The translations under genes were made by a program, and so were the position numbers. From an uncultured Nitrososphaeraceae archaeon (GTDB lineage Archaea > Thermoproteota > Nitrososphaeria > Nitrososphaerales > Nitrososphaeraceae): a DNA stretch of 64,000 bases. Shown here one piece after another: positions 43,634-56,356 of this stretch. How positions within the stretch are numbered: the stretch's first letter is position 1; each line of letters begins with the position of its first letter. The notes below the pieces were generated by a model. That model did no database searches. It was not told where the DNA came from and worked only from the letters and a program-made list of their open reading frames with translations. The DNA lies in NCBI GenBank assembly GCA_963779615.1, contig CAVZZA010000003.1, forward strand, positions 352,001-416,000, given 5' to 3'.

Positions 43634-46078
43634 TCAACTCCTTTGGTTATTTTTAATATTTTCTAAATCTTGCTGAGCTATCTTTGCATCTGGAAGATTA
43701 AGATCTTGAAGTATACGATGCGCTTCTGATGTACAGTTAATGGCCTCATCATCCTTTTTTTGCTTGAGTAGAACTTTCCCCATATTCCACAAAGTAAAAG
43801 CTATACCAGACTGATTCCCTAGTTGCTTCTCTATGGATAGCCTCTCCTTGTATGCCTCTAACGCCTTGTCATAATCCCCCGTATAATAATAAACGCTGGC
43901 CATGCCATGCAATGTTTCAGATACACCTAATTGATTGCTAGCCTGCTTCGCTATTGACAAACTCTCTTTTAAGTGACTTAACGCCTCGTCATATTCCCCT
44001 CTGATTCGAAGAATGTTAGCAATATTATATAATGATGAATACAGGTATAATTGAATATTCGTAGTAGATCCACCTGGTTGATTGCTAGCCTGCTTCCATA
44101 TTGACAAGTTCTCCTTGTATATTTTTAACGCCTCGTCATATTCTTCTCTATCCTCATATATCGTAGCTCTCATATGATTTACCGCTGCGATACTGTATTC
44201 ATTCCCTGATTGCTGCTCAATCTGCATCTGATCGTCTAAAACTTTTAGCGCCTTGACATAATCTCGTTTCATATAGTGCATTTTAGCTATGCTGGACAGC
44301 ACATTGGCTCTGCCTTGGTCATTTTTGACATCTGAATAATATTTTAAAAGTAGTTGGTAATTGTCACCAGCATCCTCGTATCTTCCCCATACGACGAAAA
44401 CATAATTAGTTAAATCCAAAATGAGATTCATTTTTTTATCTTCAAAACCTTCTATGTGTTCTGAATCATCGATTGCCCTTTTGTAGCATCGTTCTGCAAG
44501 GTCAAGGTCTCCTATGCTAGAAGCATACCTCCCAATCTCGTTATTGCGACGGTATGATTCTTTAAGAGATTCAAGAGACCTTTTGGACATATGAAGATGA
44601 TATGCAGCTGAAATAGCTATCTTGTAACCATCCTGTGTTTGTAAGTTGCCATTGTCATCATGATCAGAATTGTCATGATATTGTTCATCTTTTTCTTCTA
44701 ATCCTGTTGTTCTTTCCATGTTATTTTTCTGTAATTCAATGAAGAACTTTGCAGCCAGATCATGGTATTGCCTATTTAATGAGTTGCCGAGGTCATCTTC
44801 AAAGCATCTTTTTATCAAATCATTTTTAAACCAGCTGTCAGTGTAGTTTTTGCTGTTATTTTTGACCAATGGATAAAAGATCCTGTTTTCAATGAGTTTT
44901 TCTATAAATGGATGCAGCTGAAATAGATCGCTTATTTCCAGATATGAGGCTAGTATCTCATCGTCACTGAAAGGTTGTTGCAGTATGGATAGGCGATACA
45001 GACTTTTTTCCATGTCGCTAGATAGTCCATCCTTTAGTTTGGTTATTTGATTACATAGTTCTTCTCTGTTTATGGTCTCATGGTCCTTACAGTCCGCAGA
45101 TGTTCTTATCCACTCCTCCAAAAGTATAGGCAGACCTGCCGAGTTCTCCTTTATTCTTTTCAAATCGGGAATCATGGGGAGGGAGATACCTCTGACCACC
45201 TGTATCCATTTGCCTATGTCTACGTCAGGCAAGCCCTGCAACTCCATTATTTTGCCATGGATCTCTCTTTTTACTTTGTCTCTTAACTCTTCAAACAGGG
45301 CTTTAAGGGAAGAATCCAGTATTACTCTTTCATCGGTGCTAAAAGACACTATGATGTGAAATCTTTCTTCAATCATCAAAAACTTGGCAAAGTTTAAGAA
45401 AAAGTCAATCGAGGCCTTGCCTACATACTCAAACTGATCAAATATTAATACAAACTTTCAATCCTTAAATTCATCCAAAAGAGTTTTAAATATTTCTATA
45501 ATTGATTCCCTGGCCTCGTCTTTGTGCTCTGCTACATAACTTTGAGCTAATAACAGGCCTGTCTTCTCCGCTCCTATGGATTTGACTATATTCTTTCCAA
45601 CTTCAAATGTTTGCCCAAAACCTGCTTTCTTGGCTACATCTTCCAATACTGCGAGCCCTATCTTTTTTCCTTGCTCTTTAGCAGACTTTAGAAATCCATT
45701 CTTAACTCTGGTTAGGGCAGTGTCTATTCTTTCGCCAAGATTTTGAGATTCTTTTGCTGTTTTCGCCAGGGTCTCTAAAGCAATTTTGAAAGGATAGATT
45801 AGTGACTCGGACTCGGCTATCAGGGATTCCTTTCTGCTGTAGTAGCCTACAAATGTGTTGTTTATTAGATTGTGGTCATTGCCTTTATTTGTAAGCCTTC
45901 TATAAATCTCATCCAAAAGTGCAGACTTGCCTATGCCCGAATCTCCCGTTACAAGCCATGCACTGGTGCCTTGGTCATTCTGGATGCCATCAAGTAATTC
46001 AGAAATCTCATTATTCCTGCCAAAAAGTAAACTCTTTGCAGCCACATCATCATCGGCAGAGGCGACATTATTAGTCAA
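43634..46078 (-). pseudogene. STAND-like P-loop NTPase + TPR protein split by one in-frame TGA (45458-45460)
   Basis: FGRNNE, Walker A GDSGIGKS; FKD*KFVLIFDQFE (Walker B) continues in frame into the TPR-rich ORF. Confidence 0.85.
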
Positions 46079-46387
46079 TTAGGATCACCATATGTTTTCT
46101 GTAATTGTTGCCAATGGCATAAAGATTGCTGCAATACCCAAACTATTAATAGAAGTGGTAATAGTGATGTCAGGATAGTTCAATTAAACTCTAAAAAATT
46201 GTCTTAACGGCTTCTGTGGGTACGTAAATACTTGGATTACCATAAGAGGAATAGATAATCAGCATCATCCGGAAACATTCCTTATTTAAGAGGCATTTTC
46301 ACATTAAAATAATTATTTGTAGTTTTTTTTCTCATTTTTAGTCTAAATATATATGTTGTTACTAAATTCATAACAAGGTAGGAAATT

Positions 46388-46559
46388 TGTCTCCAATATC
46401 TCCGGTATCTCCGGGTAAGCACAAATATGCACAAAAAACCCGGACATAACTTATCTCCTAAACAAGTTGTCTCCGGTTTTGCAAAGTTGTCTCCGGACAA
46501 TAACCGATAAAACAAGCACAAGTTCACTATTTCCGGATACACCGGAGACATCGGAGACA
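46388..46559 (+). repeat. Module copy R3
   Basis: Three left boxes, boxes at +80 and +100, three inverted right boxes. Confidence 0.95.
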
Positions 46560-46947
46560 TTTTTGGTATACTCTGGGAGGACACTAAGAAACAGTAAAGA
46601 TTGGGGTTCAACAATTGCAATTTTTATGAATCATCATCAGTGTAAGATATTCAAACCAAAGACACTAATCGATTGTAAAAAATAACCGCTTAATCAAAAA
46701 AGCTATGTGCCATTTCAACATATTTATAAACATAACCTTGGCATTTTCTTCAAAGAATTCTGAATATTCCAATGGAACAGACGAAGACATGTTTGGCAAC
46801 AAGATAAGAATACTAAGAAGGTAAAATCATAAGACTTCTAATTAGAACAAAGAGTGAACGATGGATAAGCTGGCGCAGTTTTTACAATGAAAATCTTTAT
46901 TAAGGATTATTCAACCTTTGAGAAGGTTTATTGATAAAACTGGTTGT

Positions 46948-48534
46948 TTACCATTTTATTGGCCTTCCTACAGTAGTAGAAGAATCATCCTTGTTTTGAG
47001 ATGAATTATCATTGTTTTCTATATCTGTAGCTTTAGCACTCTTTTTGTCTATACCGGCGTTTTCTTCTGCTTTGTTGTCCTCTTGTTCACTTTTTTTTCT
47101 ATAGAATACTCTGGTCTTCAATAGAGAATGGACGTTGTCTCTTATCTCCCTCAATTCGTTCATTTCAATGCGAGGTAACCTTTTGCTGATCGAAGGAATA
47201 CTGGAAATCTTGTGGTCCGCACAATAGAACCTGGAGTCCTCATTGATGATGTGCTTACTGCAGACTGCCGCTCCACACATCTCGCATACGGCATATGTCT
47301 TTCTGGCTTCCTTTTCAGGATCCTTTGAGCACAAATCTATTTCATCCTTAAACAGAAAATTGGTGCTGGCAATGGACTCTCTTTTATATGTTAAACCTAG
47401 TGTTTCAATCACCAAAGACCATTTAGGCACATAAATTTCATCATATCCCAAAACATTGACAGAGCTGTAATCAACCTTTTTTGAGTCCACTATCTCCTCC
47501 ACTATTCTTCTCTCGGCCGCTTCAATGGGATAAGCCGGGTTATGCACAACAATATTGTATTGAACATTTTTCTTGACTTTGTAGTTTTTCCTTGGTGTTG
47601 TATTCATGATTGAATGTATTATCAGGTTTTCCTCATGCCTTGTCATTTCCTCGCCTATCTCAGAGTCAACGTATTTTCTATTTCCTTTGGAAAACATGAA
47701 GGGCTTGATATCTTGACTAAGGTCTGTTTCATACAGTATTTTTCCATCTATGGCGTTTACTATGTATATCTCGTCTTCAACAAATAGCTCTTTTTTGCCC
47801 AGCCATTTCTTTTTCTCCTCCTTTGTGGAAATCTTTATTGTATAAAAAGGAAAGAAGATCAATTCTGATTCTGCTATGGTTGCCTGTTGCGGGTTCACCA
47901 GCTTGATTTTCTTTATCATGTCATACTGGATGAGAATTGGGAGAGAGTTTTTTACTGTGACCTCATCATCGGCGTCGGCATCATCTTTAATGATGTTCGG
48001 CTTGGTGCTTCTGTTTGCATACTGGTCATTGTTTAGCCTGCCTATGGTTGACAGATAATGGATTTTGCTCAGGTTTTCGCCATCCCACAATCGAATGTTG
48101 TAGTGGTTGGCATAGTTAGTTGCCTCGGGTGTAAATCTAGAGTTAGTTACAAAAACGCCTTCAGAAATGTGTGGAAGATCGTCAAGCTTGCTTTTGAAAT
48201 CCCTTATTTCTTTGATGCTCACGGGAATATTGTAGTTCTTGCACTCAAATGCAACAATGTTTGTTCCATTGTATGCGAGAATGTCTATTTCATGATACGT
48301 TCCACTGGTTCCTATCATCTTTTTCCTTTTTTCCGTGTTTAGGTAACCAGTCCTCAATATGGTGTCCTCCAAAAAGTTTTCAAGGTTTATCCCCAGGTTG
48401 TATGTCCTTGATTGCTCCCCAAGACTCTTTAAACCGTCTTTTAAGTTGTTTTTGTTCGCCAGACTGCTGTTGCAGTTATAACATACCAAAGCGGTAGGCT
48501 GAATCACTTCACCACAGCTGGGACAAAAACTCAT
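46948..48534 (-). CDS. Mrr-like (type IV) restriction endonuclease domain protein with N- and C-terminal Zn fingers
   Basis: CPSC..CYNC; EIDILA..FECK PD-(D/E)xK motif; FVTNSRFTPEA..IRLWDG; CEMC..C..H..C..H. Confidence 0.8.
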   Translation of the reverse strand: MSFCPSCGEVIQPTALVCYNCNSSLANKNNLKDGLKSLGEQSRTYNLGINLENFLEDTILRTGYLNTEKRKKMIGTSGTYHEIDILAYNGTNIVAFECKNYNIPVSIKEIRDFKSKLDDLPHISEGVFVTNSRFTPEATNYANHYNIRLWDGENLSKIHYLSTIGRLNNDQYANRSTKPNIIKDDADADDEVTVKNSLPILIQYDMIKKIKLVNPQQATIAESELIFFPFYTIKISTKEEKKKWLGKKELFVEDEIYIVNAIDGKILYETDLSQDIKPFMFSKGNRKYVDSEIGEEMTRHEENLIIHSIMNTTPRKNYKVKKNVQYNIVVHNPAYPIEAAERRIVEEIVDSKKVDYSSVNVLGYDEIYVPKWSLVIETLGLTYKRESIASTNFLFKDEIDLCSKDPEKEARKTYAVCEMCGAAVCSKHIINEDSRFYCADHKISSIPSISKRLPRIEMNELREIRDNVHSLLKTRVFYRKKSEQEDNKAEENAGIDKKSAKATDIENNDNSSQNKDDSSTTVGRPIKW

Positions 48535-48677
48535 AATGGATATTGAGAATTGTTCTATTAAACAATTTCTTTTTCTTTGTGATTAAATAATATTTTCACA
48601 AGAACTAGCTTCGTGTTGCAATAACGTTTTACTTCATGGAACTTGACATATGCTAATATCCATAACAACACAAAATT

Positions 48678-48850
48678 TGTCTCCAATGTCTCAGGTATCT
48701 CCGGGTAAGCACAAATATGCACAAAAAACCCGGACATAACTTCTCTACTGATTAATTTGTCTCCGGGTTTCCAAAGTTATATCCGGATTAAAAAAAATAA
48801 ATTTAAGCATAAATTTTAGTATTCCGGAGACAGCGGATATAGCGGAGACA
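48678..48850 (+). repeat. Module copy R4
   Basis: Left half almost identical to R3. Confidence 0.95.
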
Positions 48851-49136
48851 TATTCAAGAAACTGGAGGAAGAAGGAGAGGATAAAATCAAAGGCAGCTCA
48901 GGTGTATCTACAAATTCTAATATGGACCGTCTAATTGCATACAGGAGCCCTTTTATTATTGCAAACAACATCCTATAGTCCAAAATATTTACAAAGAAAT
49001 AGGTTTCATGTCCTACATTCCACGATGCATAAATTCTCTGGATAGCGGAAGTGCCAATAGGAGTCCTATAGGGTGTAGAATTAGTATTTACATGACATGT
49101 TCACGGCCTCTTGTCGTGGACTTCTTCGGGCATGCC

Positions 49137-50486
49137 TCATTTTGGGTTACGGTGCTTATCTAGTTCCTTTATTATGTCATCCAGGTAGTGTTTGGCATCT
49201 TCTTCTGAAAGACTTGGTTGTACACCAACCTCCCCAACCACCTTGTCATGGTGTTCTTTAACCAGGTCTGCCACCTTATCTTCCAGTAGGGCATTCATTT
49301 GTGCCCTGCCTATACTGTCTAACAGTTTTAACTCCTTTACAGCTGCTCTTCGTATCGACTTTAGTAATTTTGCGTCCTCCGATATTGAAATTGCTGATGA
49401 GTATAATCCCACATAGAAAACAAAAGACGCCAACCCTAAAGACGCGCCCGTAGCCATTCCAAATGGCGGGTATGGGATAAACAGGATATTGGCAATAATG
49501 GGTAGAAACAGCATGGCCACACCATAACCAGATATATCAAGAAAATCAGCAACAATGCTTTGTCGAATTTGGCGTATACCTCTTGCTAGCGCCAAAAATG
49601 AGACACCAAACAGCATCCCTCCAGCTATAGTGGCCAAAACAGTTAGAACCCTGAATAAAACTCCATCCTGTTCATAAAAGGTAAAATTGGCATTTGGGAT
49701 TCCAATCAAGGTATGGACCTGCCCTATCAGGACAAAAACTGGAGGAAGAAAGATAACCATCCAATAGGCCGTGGATTTTCCTAATCTGCGAGAGTACCTG
49801 TAGAGCAAAACTGCAGAAACAACCCACAAAAGCAGAAAACTGGTGATCAAAAGTATCACTGCTGCATTCAATAAATTGCCACTGATATCTGTCGTCAAAT
49901 GAGACGAATTATCAATAGACAAGTCATCCTGGAATTGCACTGATGATGATTTTTTCATCACTGGGGCATTCAAAAACACACCAGCCACACCGGTGTCCAA
50001 TGCGGTGCTGCCAATCAGCATAAATGCAATTGCCACGCCATACAAAAACACAATAGTGTTTTGTTTACTGGACCTGTACCATGAAAAGAATCTGCATGCC
50101 AGTAGCCCCAATGAAATGTAAAACGGTATGGAACTGACTACTGAAGAGATTATTAGCAATGGAGTAAAATATTGCGATGTTGACACCATTTGGATAACCG
50201 TAAAAAGAAATATCGCGATAATCAATAACTGTACTATAACTGTTAACTCGTATACTTTATTGAATGCCGAGTTAGTTGTTCTAAGGTGCTCACTTTGCTT
50301 TTTTAAAGGTCCCAAAAGAAGGATTAGCCCAACAACAAGTATAATGGCTGAAACAGATATGAAGAATGCTAGTCCCCAACTAGAATCCACCTCCCTACTG
50401 ATAAAGTCATAAATGTTAGAGGTTATGGTATCGATTATTAACGCACCAATCAAAATCAGCATTATGATAAAGGTTGTTATGTTCAT
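49137..50486 (-). CDS. Polytopic membrane protein
   Basis: ~10 hydrophobic segments and a soluble C-terminal tail. Confidence 0.8.
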   Translation of the reverse strand: MNITTFIIMLILIGALIIDTITSNIYDFISREVDSSWGLAFFISVSAIILVVGLILLLGPLKKQSEHLRTTNSAFNKVYELTVIVQLLIIAIFLFTVIQMVSTSQYFTPLLIISSVVSSIPFYISLGLLACRFFSWYRSSKQNTIVFLYGVAIAFMLIGSTALDTGVAGVFLNAPVMKKSSSVQFQDDLSIDNSSHLTTDISGNLLNAAVILLITSFLLLWVVSAVLLYRYSRRLGKSTAYWMVIFLPPVFVLIGQVHTLIGIPNANFTFYEQDGVLFRVLTVLATIAGGMLFGVSFLALARGIRQIRQSIVADFLDISGYGVAMLFLPIIANILFIPYPPFGMATGASLGLASFVFYVGLYSSAISISEDAKLLKSIRRAAVKELKLLDSIGRAQMNALLEDKVADLVKEHHDKVVGEVGVQPSLSEEDAKHYLDDIIKELDKHRNPK

Positions 50487-50583
50487 GTACGGTAATCTCC
50501 TCTATGGATAATAGTACAGATTCCCCCAAATATGAGATCGCATTTTCCATCACCGTTAGCATCGTCATCAAATCCTGTCTCAT

Positions 50584-51031
50584 TCATAAGGAATACTCAT
50601 CATAATTGAAGGGAACGTTTATCACATTCTTAACTGGGTATGCCCCAAGAGGATCATCGCGCTCTGATTTATAATAATGACTTTTTGAGACATCGTAACA
50701 ATAAAAGAACATCCATGTTGTAAAGGCTTGGGGCGCCAGCATGTTGTCTTCAGGATTGTACAGATTGTAAAAATGCACCGATGGTAAGTTTGTCTTGGTG
50801 AATCATGCTTCCGTCTGCTGTACCAAACGACCAGCGGGTGGATGCATTAAAATGATAAGCCTGTGCAAGAACGCCATCTATCGAATAACTAACTGTCAGT
50901 AACATTAGCAGGGGGACAAATAATGCACAAATAATTGAGACGTATCCAGATTTTTTATGTTTATGGAAAAGCCATGTTTTGTACAAATCAATGTGGTTGT
51001 CACTATTGTTTGTATTTGGGTTCAATTCCAC
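50584..51031 (-). pseudogene. Fragmented exported protein
   Basis: Two overlapping short ORFs (TM/signal part and an HFYNLYNPEDNML part). Confidence 0.4.
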
Positions 51032-51129
51032 TTTTATACATTATTAATCCCTTATCTTAAACTTTTATTTTTGAAAGATATGATTGGGAAGTTACATTGG
51101 GTATATTACATGTTGAGCATTGAGAATTT

Positions 51130-51299
51130 TGTCTCCAATGTATCCGGTACCTCCGGCTGAGCACAAATAGTCACAGAAAATCCGGACATAACTTATCTCC
51201 TGTTTAACTTCTCTCCGGACTTATAGGTTATCTCCGGCTAACAACACAGATTTAAGCGTAAAATCTATAGTTCCGGAGACATCGGACACACCGGAGACA
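51130..51299 (+). repeat. Module copy R5
   Basis: Same box layout; followed by TTTTTGGTATACTC as in R3 and R8. Confidence 0.95.
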
Positions 51300-51434
51300 T
51301 TTTTGGTATACTCGTGGGAAGATGACAGGATGAAAGTTGCGGATTAACAGAATGTTTTCAGGTGAGCGGGCAAGTAAGGCTACTGAGGATATAGTAGACT
51401 ATTCATTCAAGATTAAAATTTAAATTTAATATAA

Positions 51435-51582
51435 AGACCTCTTGCGTAATTAGAGAGGGGCCAAAACTTTACAAATTTCTTGTGCTTTTTAATAATATTT
51501 ATAATTTTAAGTCTGAATTCTAGTCAATAAGCAGGCATTGTTTTAGATATTTTTCTAGTAGTGCTAATTACGCAAGAGGTCT
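51435..51582. mobile_element. MITE (148 bp) related to the IS5-family element at 54373
   Basis: Perfect TIR AGACCTCTTGCGTAATTAG; TAA on both flanks (3-bp TSD). Confidence 0.85.
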
Positions 51583-51601
51583 TAATTAGATCTCTTAAAA
51601 C

Positions 51602-52882
51602 ATGTCCATAAAGTTAGTTCCGATAAGTATGTTATTACTCTCGATAACAATAGTGTTAGTAGGGACTTTTTTATTTGAATATCCCTTATTCCATCCAGTC
51701 GCAGCTATATCACAATCGCCGCCATCATTATATCCACCATCACAACCACAATCATCAAAACAACAGACCTTACCTTCCAACACCTTCTCCCACACTCCTG
51801 TCACCCTCCCCATCAACATCACCAACACTACATCCAACACTATCAACGGCACCACATTATTCAATTTACAAAGCCATCTCCTTAACTCGGTATTCAACCG
51901 GGTCCAGAATTCCATAGTTCAGATAACTTCCAAAATGCCTGCCATTACACCATCAAACCCTTCTCCTCCTTCAACCAATCCTAATGAAGATCACAATGCA
52001 ACCGCGTTGGGTTCGGGCTTTGTATATGATACCAAAGGACACATAATTACCAATTACCATGTAGTTAGCAATGCCAAAACAGTTGATGTCACATTTATAG
52101 ATGGAAACAGGTATACTGCCTCCATAGTGGGCAATGACACACTTGGCGATTTGGCAGTTATAAAGATTGTGGAAAAGTTGAACAAACCCGTTGTTCCCCT
52201 CAGCATTGCCAATTCTTCTAGTCTTAAGGTAGGAGACCAAGTCATAGCAATAGGAAACCCCTATGGTTTAGACAACACTATGACAACAGGGATAGTAAGT
52301 CAGACAGGGCGCCTAATTCAGGAACCTTCTGAAATCTCAATCACCGATGCCATTCAAACTGATGCATCAATAAATCCGGGTAACTCTGGAGGTCCGCTGC
52401 TGAACATAAAGGGACAGGTTATTGGAATAAACACAGCAGGCGAATCTGAAAGGGTAGCATTTGCAGTATCTTCCAACACCGTCCTAAAAGAAGTACCCAT
52501 TCTTATACAAAAGGGGAACTTTACTCACTCTTACATAGGAATAAATGGCACCACACTTACTTCTGACCTATCCTCACAATTTAAGAACATATCAAAAACT
52601 TTCAGAGGGGTGCATGTCAACACAATTGTAAAAGACGGACCAGCTGATAAGGCGGGATTGCGTGGTGCTATAACAGATTATTACGGCCAAAAGCATGGTG
52701 GAGACATAATTACAGCAGTCAATAACCAAAACATGGCAGAAGTAGACCAATTGGTTACGTATATCGATCAGCATACTAGGCCTGGAGATGCAATAACATT
52801 AACGGTATACAGAGATGGACACCTTACAGATTTGAAAGTAAATACCATGGCAAGACCTTTATCATCAATATCCCCTCAATAA
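51602..52882 (+). CDS. htrA: HtrA/DegP-type trypsin-like serine protease with PDZ domain
   Basis: TNYHVV, DLAVIK, IQTDASINPGNSGGPL, PDZ (GPADKAGL..GDII). Confidence 0.92.
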   Translation: MSIKLVPISMLLLSITIVLVGTFLFEYPLFHPVAAISQSPPSLYPPSQPQSSKQQTLPSNTFSHTPVTLPINITNTTSNTINGTTLFNLQSHLLNSVFNRVQNSIVQITSKMPAITPSNPSPPSTNPNEDHNATALGSGFVYDTKGHIITNYHVVSNAKTVDVTFIDGNRYTASIVGNDTLGDLAVIKIVEKLNKPVVPLSIANSSSLKVGDQVIAIGNPYGLDNTMTTGIVSQTGRLIQEPSEISITDAIQTDASINPGNSGGPLLNIKGQVIGINTAGESERVAFAVSSNTVLKEVPILIQKGNFTHSYIGINGTTLTSDLSSQFKNISKTFRGVHVNTIVKDGPADKAGLRGAITDYYGQKHGGDIITAVNNQNMAEVDQLVTYIDQHTRPGDAITLTVYRDGHLTDLKVNTMARPLSSISPQ

Positions 52883-53519
52883 CCCACCTGCAATCAACAG
52901 AACAGAAACAACAAAGAATTGGGAGAATATCTGCAATATAGGTAGTAAGCAGTATGGGTCATCCACCGCATAAGGCAAAGGAATTGTGGCCTTGGGGACT
53001 GCAGAGTTTTTCTTTCTCCCTCTCATCTTTCAGAGCCCCTGTCTTTGGCTGCGGCTATGGCTCCAGTGCCTTGTCTGTCAGTCCATTCCCTTCAAACCGA
53101 CCTTTCTATTGATATGTCTCTGATGACTACAGCGGTCGGTTTAGATGTTCAAAGGGAACACCTTGCATCGACAGTCATATTTTCATGTATCCGGTCCATT
53201 AATAGAATGAAAATTCCAATCAATGCCGTTCCATCTGTTAGCAATCTATGACCCATAAAACCGATTTTTGAGTATCTTTCGAGGTGACTTTTTTCTTTGA
53301 AGGCCAGTATAATGAAGATGAGATATATACCTGCTTTACTTTTTATGCCTTCAAGTCCCTTGTAAGGAGGTAATCGAGCCTTAATACGTTATCCAGAATA
53401 TAGGCGTTGTTGCTTGCAAAACGTCATTACGAAGAGATTCAATCATTTGGGCATCTTTGAGCATTTGGATGGTCTGTATTAACGAGCTGGATTTTATGCT
53501 AGACATTTTCCACCAGTGA

Positions 53520-54158
53520 TTGGGACTCGAGACAGGTTTATTCCCCGCTCCACGTTCAGTGGATGTTTTTTACACTGTTGCCAAGACGTTTTTGTACAAC
53601 TTCAGGAATTCCCCATAGCATTGGAGAAGGTGGTGGTGGTGGTGGTTGTGATGGACCATGGGCGTTAGGATAATAAGGCATGTATTTTGCCATCGCTTCA
53701 AACATTCTCCAATTTGCCAGTTCAGGCGGCCACGTTGCAAATGCAATACGGTCACCACCCTTTTTGTAACTCGTAGCATTCCTTTATTGCTATTTCGGGG
53801 TAAGGAGCAAACATGTGTCCAAAGCTTGATAACACCACATCAAATGATTCATCCTCAAAAGGAAGATCTTCTACATTTTCTTCTTTCCATTCTATATCAC
53901 CAGCTTCCGCCAAAGATGCTTCCGACTTTGCTTGGGTTAGCATCTGGTGAGTGATCTCTATGCCTGTTACCTTGGCGCCTTTTCTTCTAGTGGTTATTGT
54001 CATATTTCCAGTACCACATGCTACATCCAGAACACAATTATCAGGAGATGTTGCATAATTTTACCAAGTGCGCAGAAACAGGAAGAAGGAAGAGCAATTT
54101 CGTTGTGAGAGCCTAGACTCTATACTGTCTTTGACTTTGGTAGAGGCTCATCACCCAT
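53520..54158 (-). pseudogene. SAM-dependent methyltransferase, multiply frameshifted
   Basis: CVLDVACGTGN (54001-54040 region), EDLPFEDESFDVVLSSFGHMFAP; ends approximate. Confidence 0.75.
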
Positions 54159-54372
54159 ATTGTAAATCAGTTTTTTCTTTCTTTTAGTATTTGATAAACT
54201 GATGGCGCCAAAACCCATGAGCAAAGGATGGGTCAGTCTCATGATCATGAAATGTGGATATAGTTATTTTGGCAAATTCAATATTCTAATTCTATCATGA
54301 TTTAATCTGTCAAGACAAACATTAAAGATTTAAGGAATGTAGATAAATGCAACAAAATTATTTGTAAACATT

Positions 54373-55425
54373 AGATCTCTTGCATAATTAGAAACAGCAT
54401 GCTCTGTCAGTTTGGCAATGACTGATGATGTCAATCTAAAAAGACGACAATGTTCTGTAGTTTACCAACCCCGATACTATATCGGATATATTGTCATAAT
54501 TTCTCAACCTGTTTCTGAATGTGTCGCCCATTATCCTGTACTTTTACATCCTGCAAATAGTATGCTCTATCACTATCCTTTTTCTAGAGTGATTATGGTT
54601 GCACTCCTTTTCCTCATGGGACAAATCTTTTTGGCCTCTCTTCTTTCTGTTTGGCAGGGACGATAGTTGCTCTGGAAAGTCTTTCCCAACCCCAAGGTAT
54701 CCGAGGTCAAACACGCTGACAACCTGCTTTGGGGTTACCGGGTGATTCTTCTTGTAGATGTCATAGTCATGCCTTTTTCCTTTCTTATGGCCTGTTTTGT
54801 GAATAATGACACCCTGGCTGTTAACCGTGAGCTGTGTCTTTACGGTATGCATTTTCTTTCTTTCCTGAATAATACATTTTCCTTCTTTCTTTATTCTTTG
54901 GTCTTGGAATCTGCTGCTCTGTACAATCCACGAAAGCAATAAAACCCGGAAAGTACTTTTCAACTTCTTCTGGTGTACGCAGCCTTTTTGCTACTTTGTA
55001 CATCTTTTGTGGAATTGGCACGCACTTTCTTATCAACGACTCAATTTTTTGAATATCTCTGCAAATGTTACTCTGATCCAAATCAAACAAAAAGCCAGCC
55101 AGAGTGTAGGTTATGTAAAGACGGTAATAGTATACCAAAAGCATCAGAAACCTGTTTTTAACATCCAGATTGAAATGTCTTCCTCCAGCATCTATGGATC
55201 GTTCTCTGTCTTTTCTTTTGGATAACCGCTTGATCTCATGCTTGCCGTATCTTTTTATTATCTCTTTTTTGTAAATATCATCAAACTCTTTTACTGTTGC
55301 CTCCAGTGAATGATTTGAAAAGAAATGGTTATCTGGATAACCTTTCATACGAAAGCAAATAAAGGACATGAAATTTATGAACTGATGGTCATAAAGCTGT
55401 TTAGTAGCAATTATGCGAGAGATCT
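54373..55425 (-). mobile_element. IS5-family (DDE_Tnp_4/IS1031-like) insertion sequence with frameshifted transposase
   Basis: TIRs AGATCTCTTGCATAATT / AATTATGCGAGAGATCT, ATT TSD; FVDCTEQ, YYSGKK, FDLGYLG, RIVIEHTI split over two frames. Confidence 0.9.
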
Positions 55426-56065
55426 ATTATATAAAATCCGTATTCAGGATAGATCCATTACCAGTACGTGGATTTAATACCGTATCTGCAATTGTACTCT
55501 TATTATTTTTATTATATAAGATAATGTGGTATACTATAACTGTAAAACAGAAAAATCTAATCCGAAATCAATAAAGTATATGATTGGAACTTGGTGACAT
55601 GAGATTCAGATAAAGACAAGGAATCTGGAATTATGACCAAGCCTCAGATATATAGACAGAGCCTTGATTGGTTGTATTCACCTTTATAACTTATCTCAAC
55701 TGTTTGTAAATTCAGACCTTTCATCTAGAGATTGTAAGAGGGAAAAGCAAAAGTGTAGAGAGGAATTTATCAGATGATACATTGCAGATATAGCTGTAGA
55801 GTATGCTATTTCATCTGGTTCAGTTCTTTTTCTTACCTGACTTATAAATTATATTCCAGACATAAATCTATACCTTTTTTCCTTAACTTTAAAGAGCGGT
55901 TAAATATATCCGAGATAATTTGACAAGTTAAGTTTGTTTATATAATAGACATCTTTTATAAAGGTATTGGCTTATTTAAGATCCATTTCATTAAATCTGT
56001 TTCTAATTTGCGTTGGTTTAATGGTGGATGAAATTACAATTTTTCCATATACTCGATTACAATAG

Positions 56066-56356
56066 GTGGGATATAGTATAAAAGGAGTTCGCGATAATTT
56101 TACAAATTCACCTGACAATACCAATGGTCCAACGGCATATGTATTATTAAACTGTGACTCGGGTTCTGAAAACGATATAATAAAAAAAATCGAACTGATA
56201 CCTGAAGTAGAAGAAGTCCATAGAATATTTGGAGCTTATGATGTTATCGTTAAGCTGCAATCGCTTGATATGGATAAACTCCGAGAGATTATAACTTGGA
56301 ATATAGGAAAAATAGATAAAATACGCTCAATATCTACATTGATTGTAAATAAATAA
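56066..56356 (+). CDS. Lrp/AsnC ligand-binding domain protein
   Basis: AYVLLNC..G.E...FGAYDVIVKL...IRSISTLIV. Confidence 0.85.
   Translation: MGYSIKGVRDNFTNSPDNTNGPTAYVLLNCDSGSENDIIKKIELIPEVEEVHRIFGAYDVIVKLQSLDMDKLREIITWNIGKIDKIRSISTLIVNK

Noticed and set aside
46282-46685. Short ORFs over the modules (46282-46620, 46467-46685, 57854-58072, 63727-63978, 61069-61287)
   Set aside because: Translations of the repeat boxes (SPxSP, PETPDTPET); frames are not conserved between copies.
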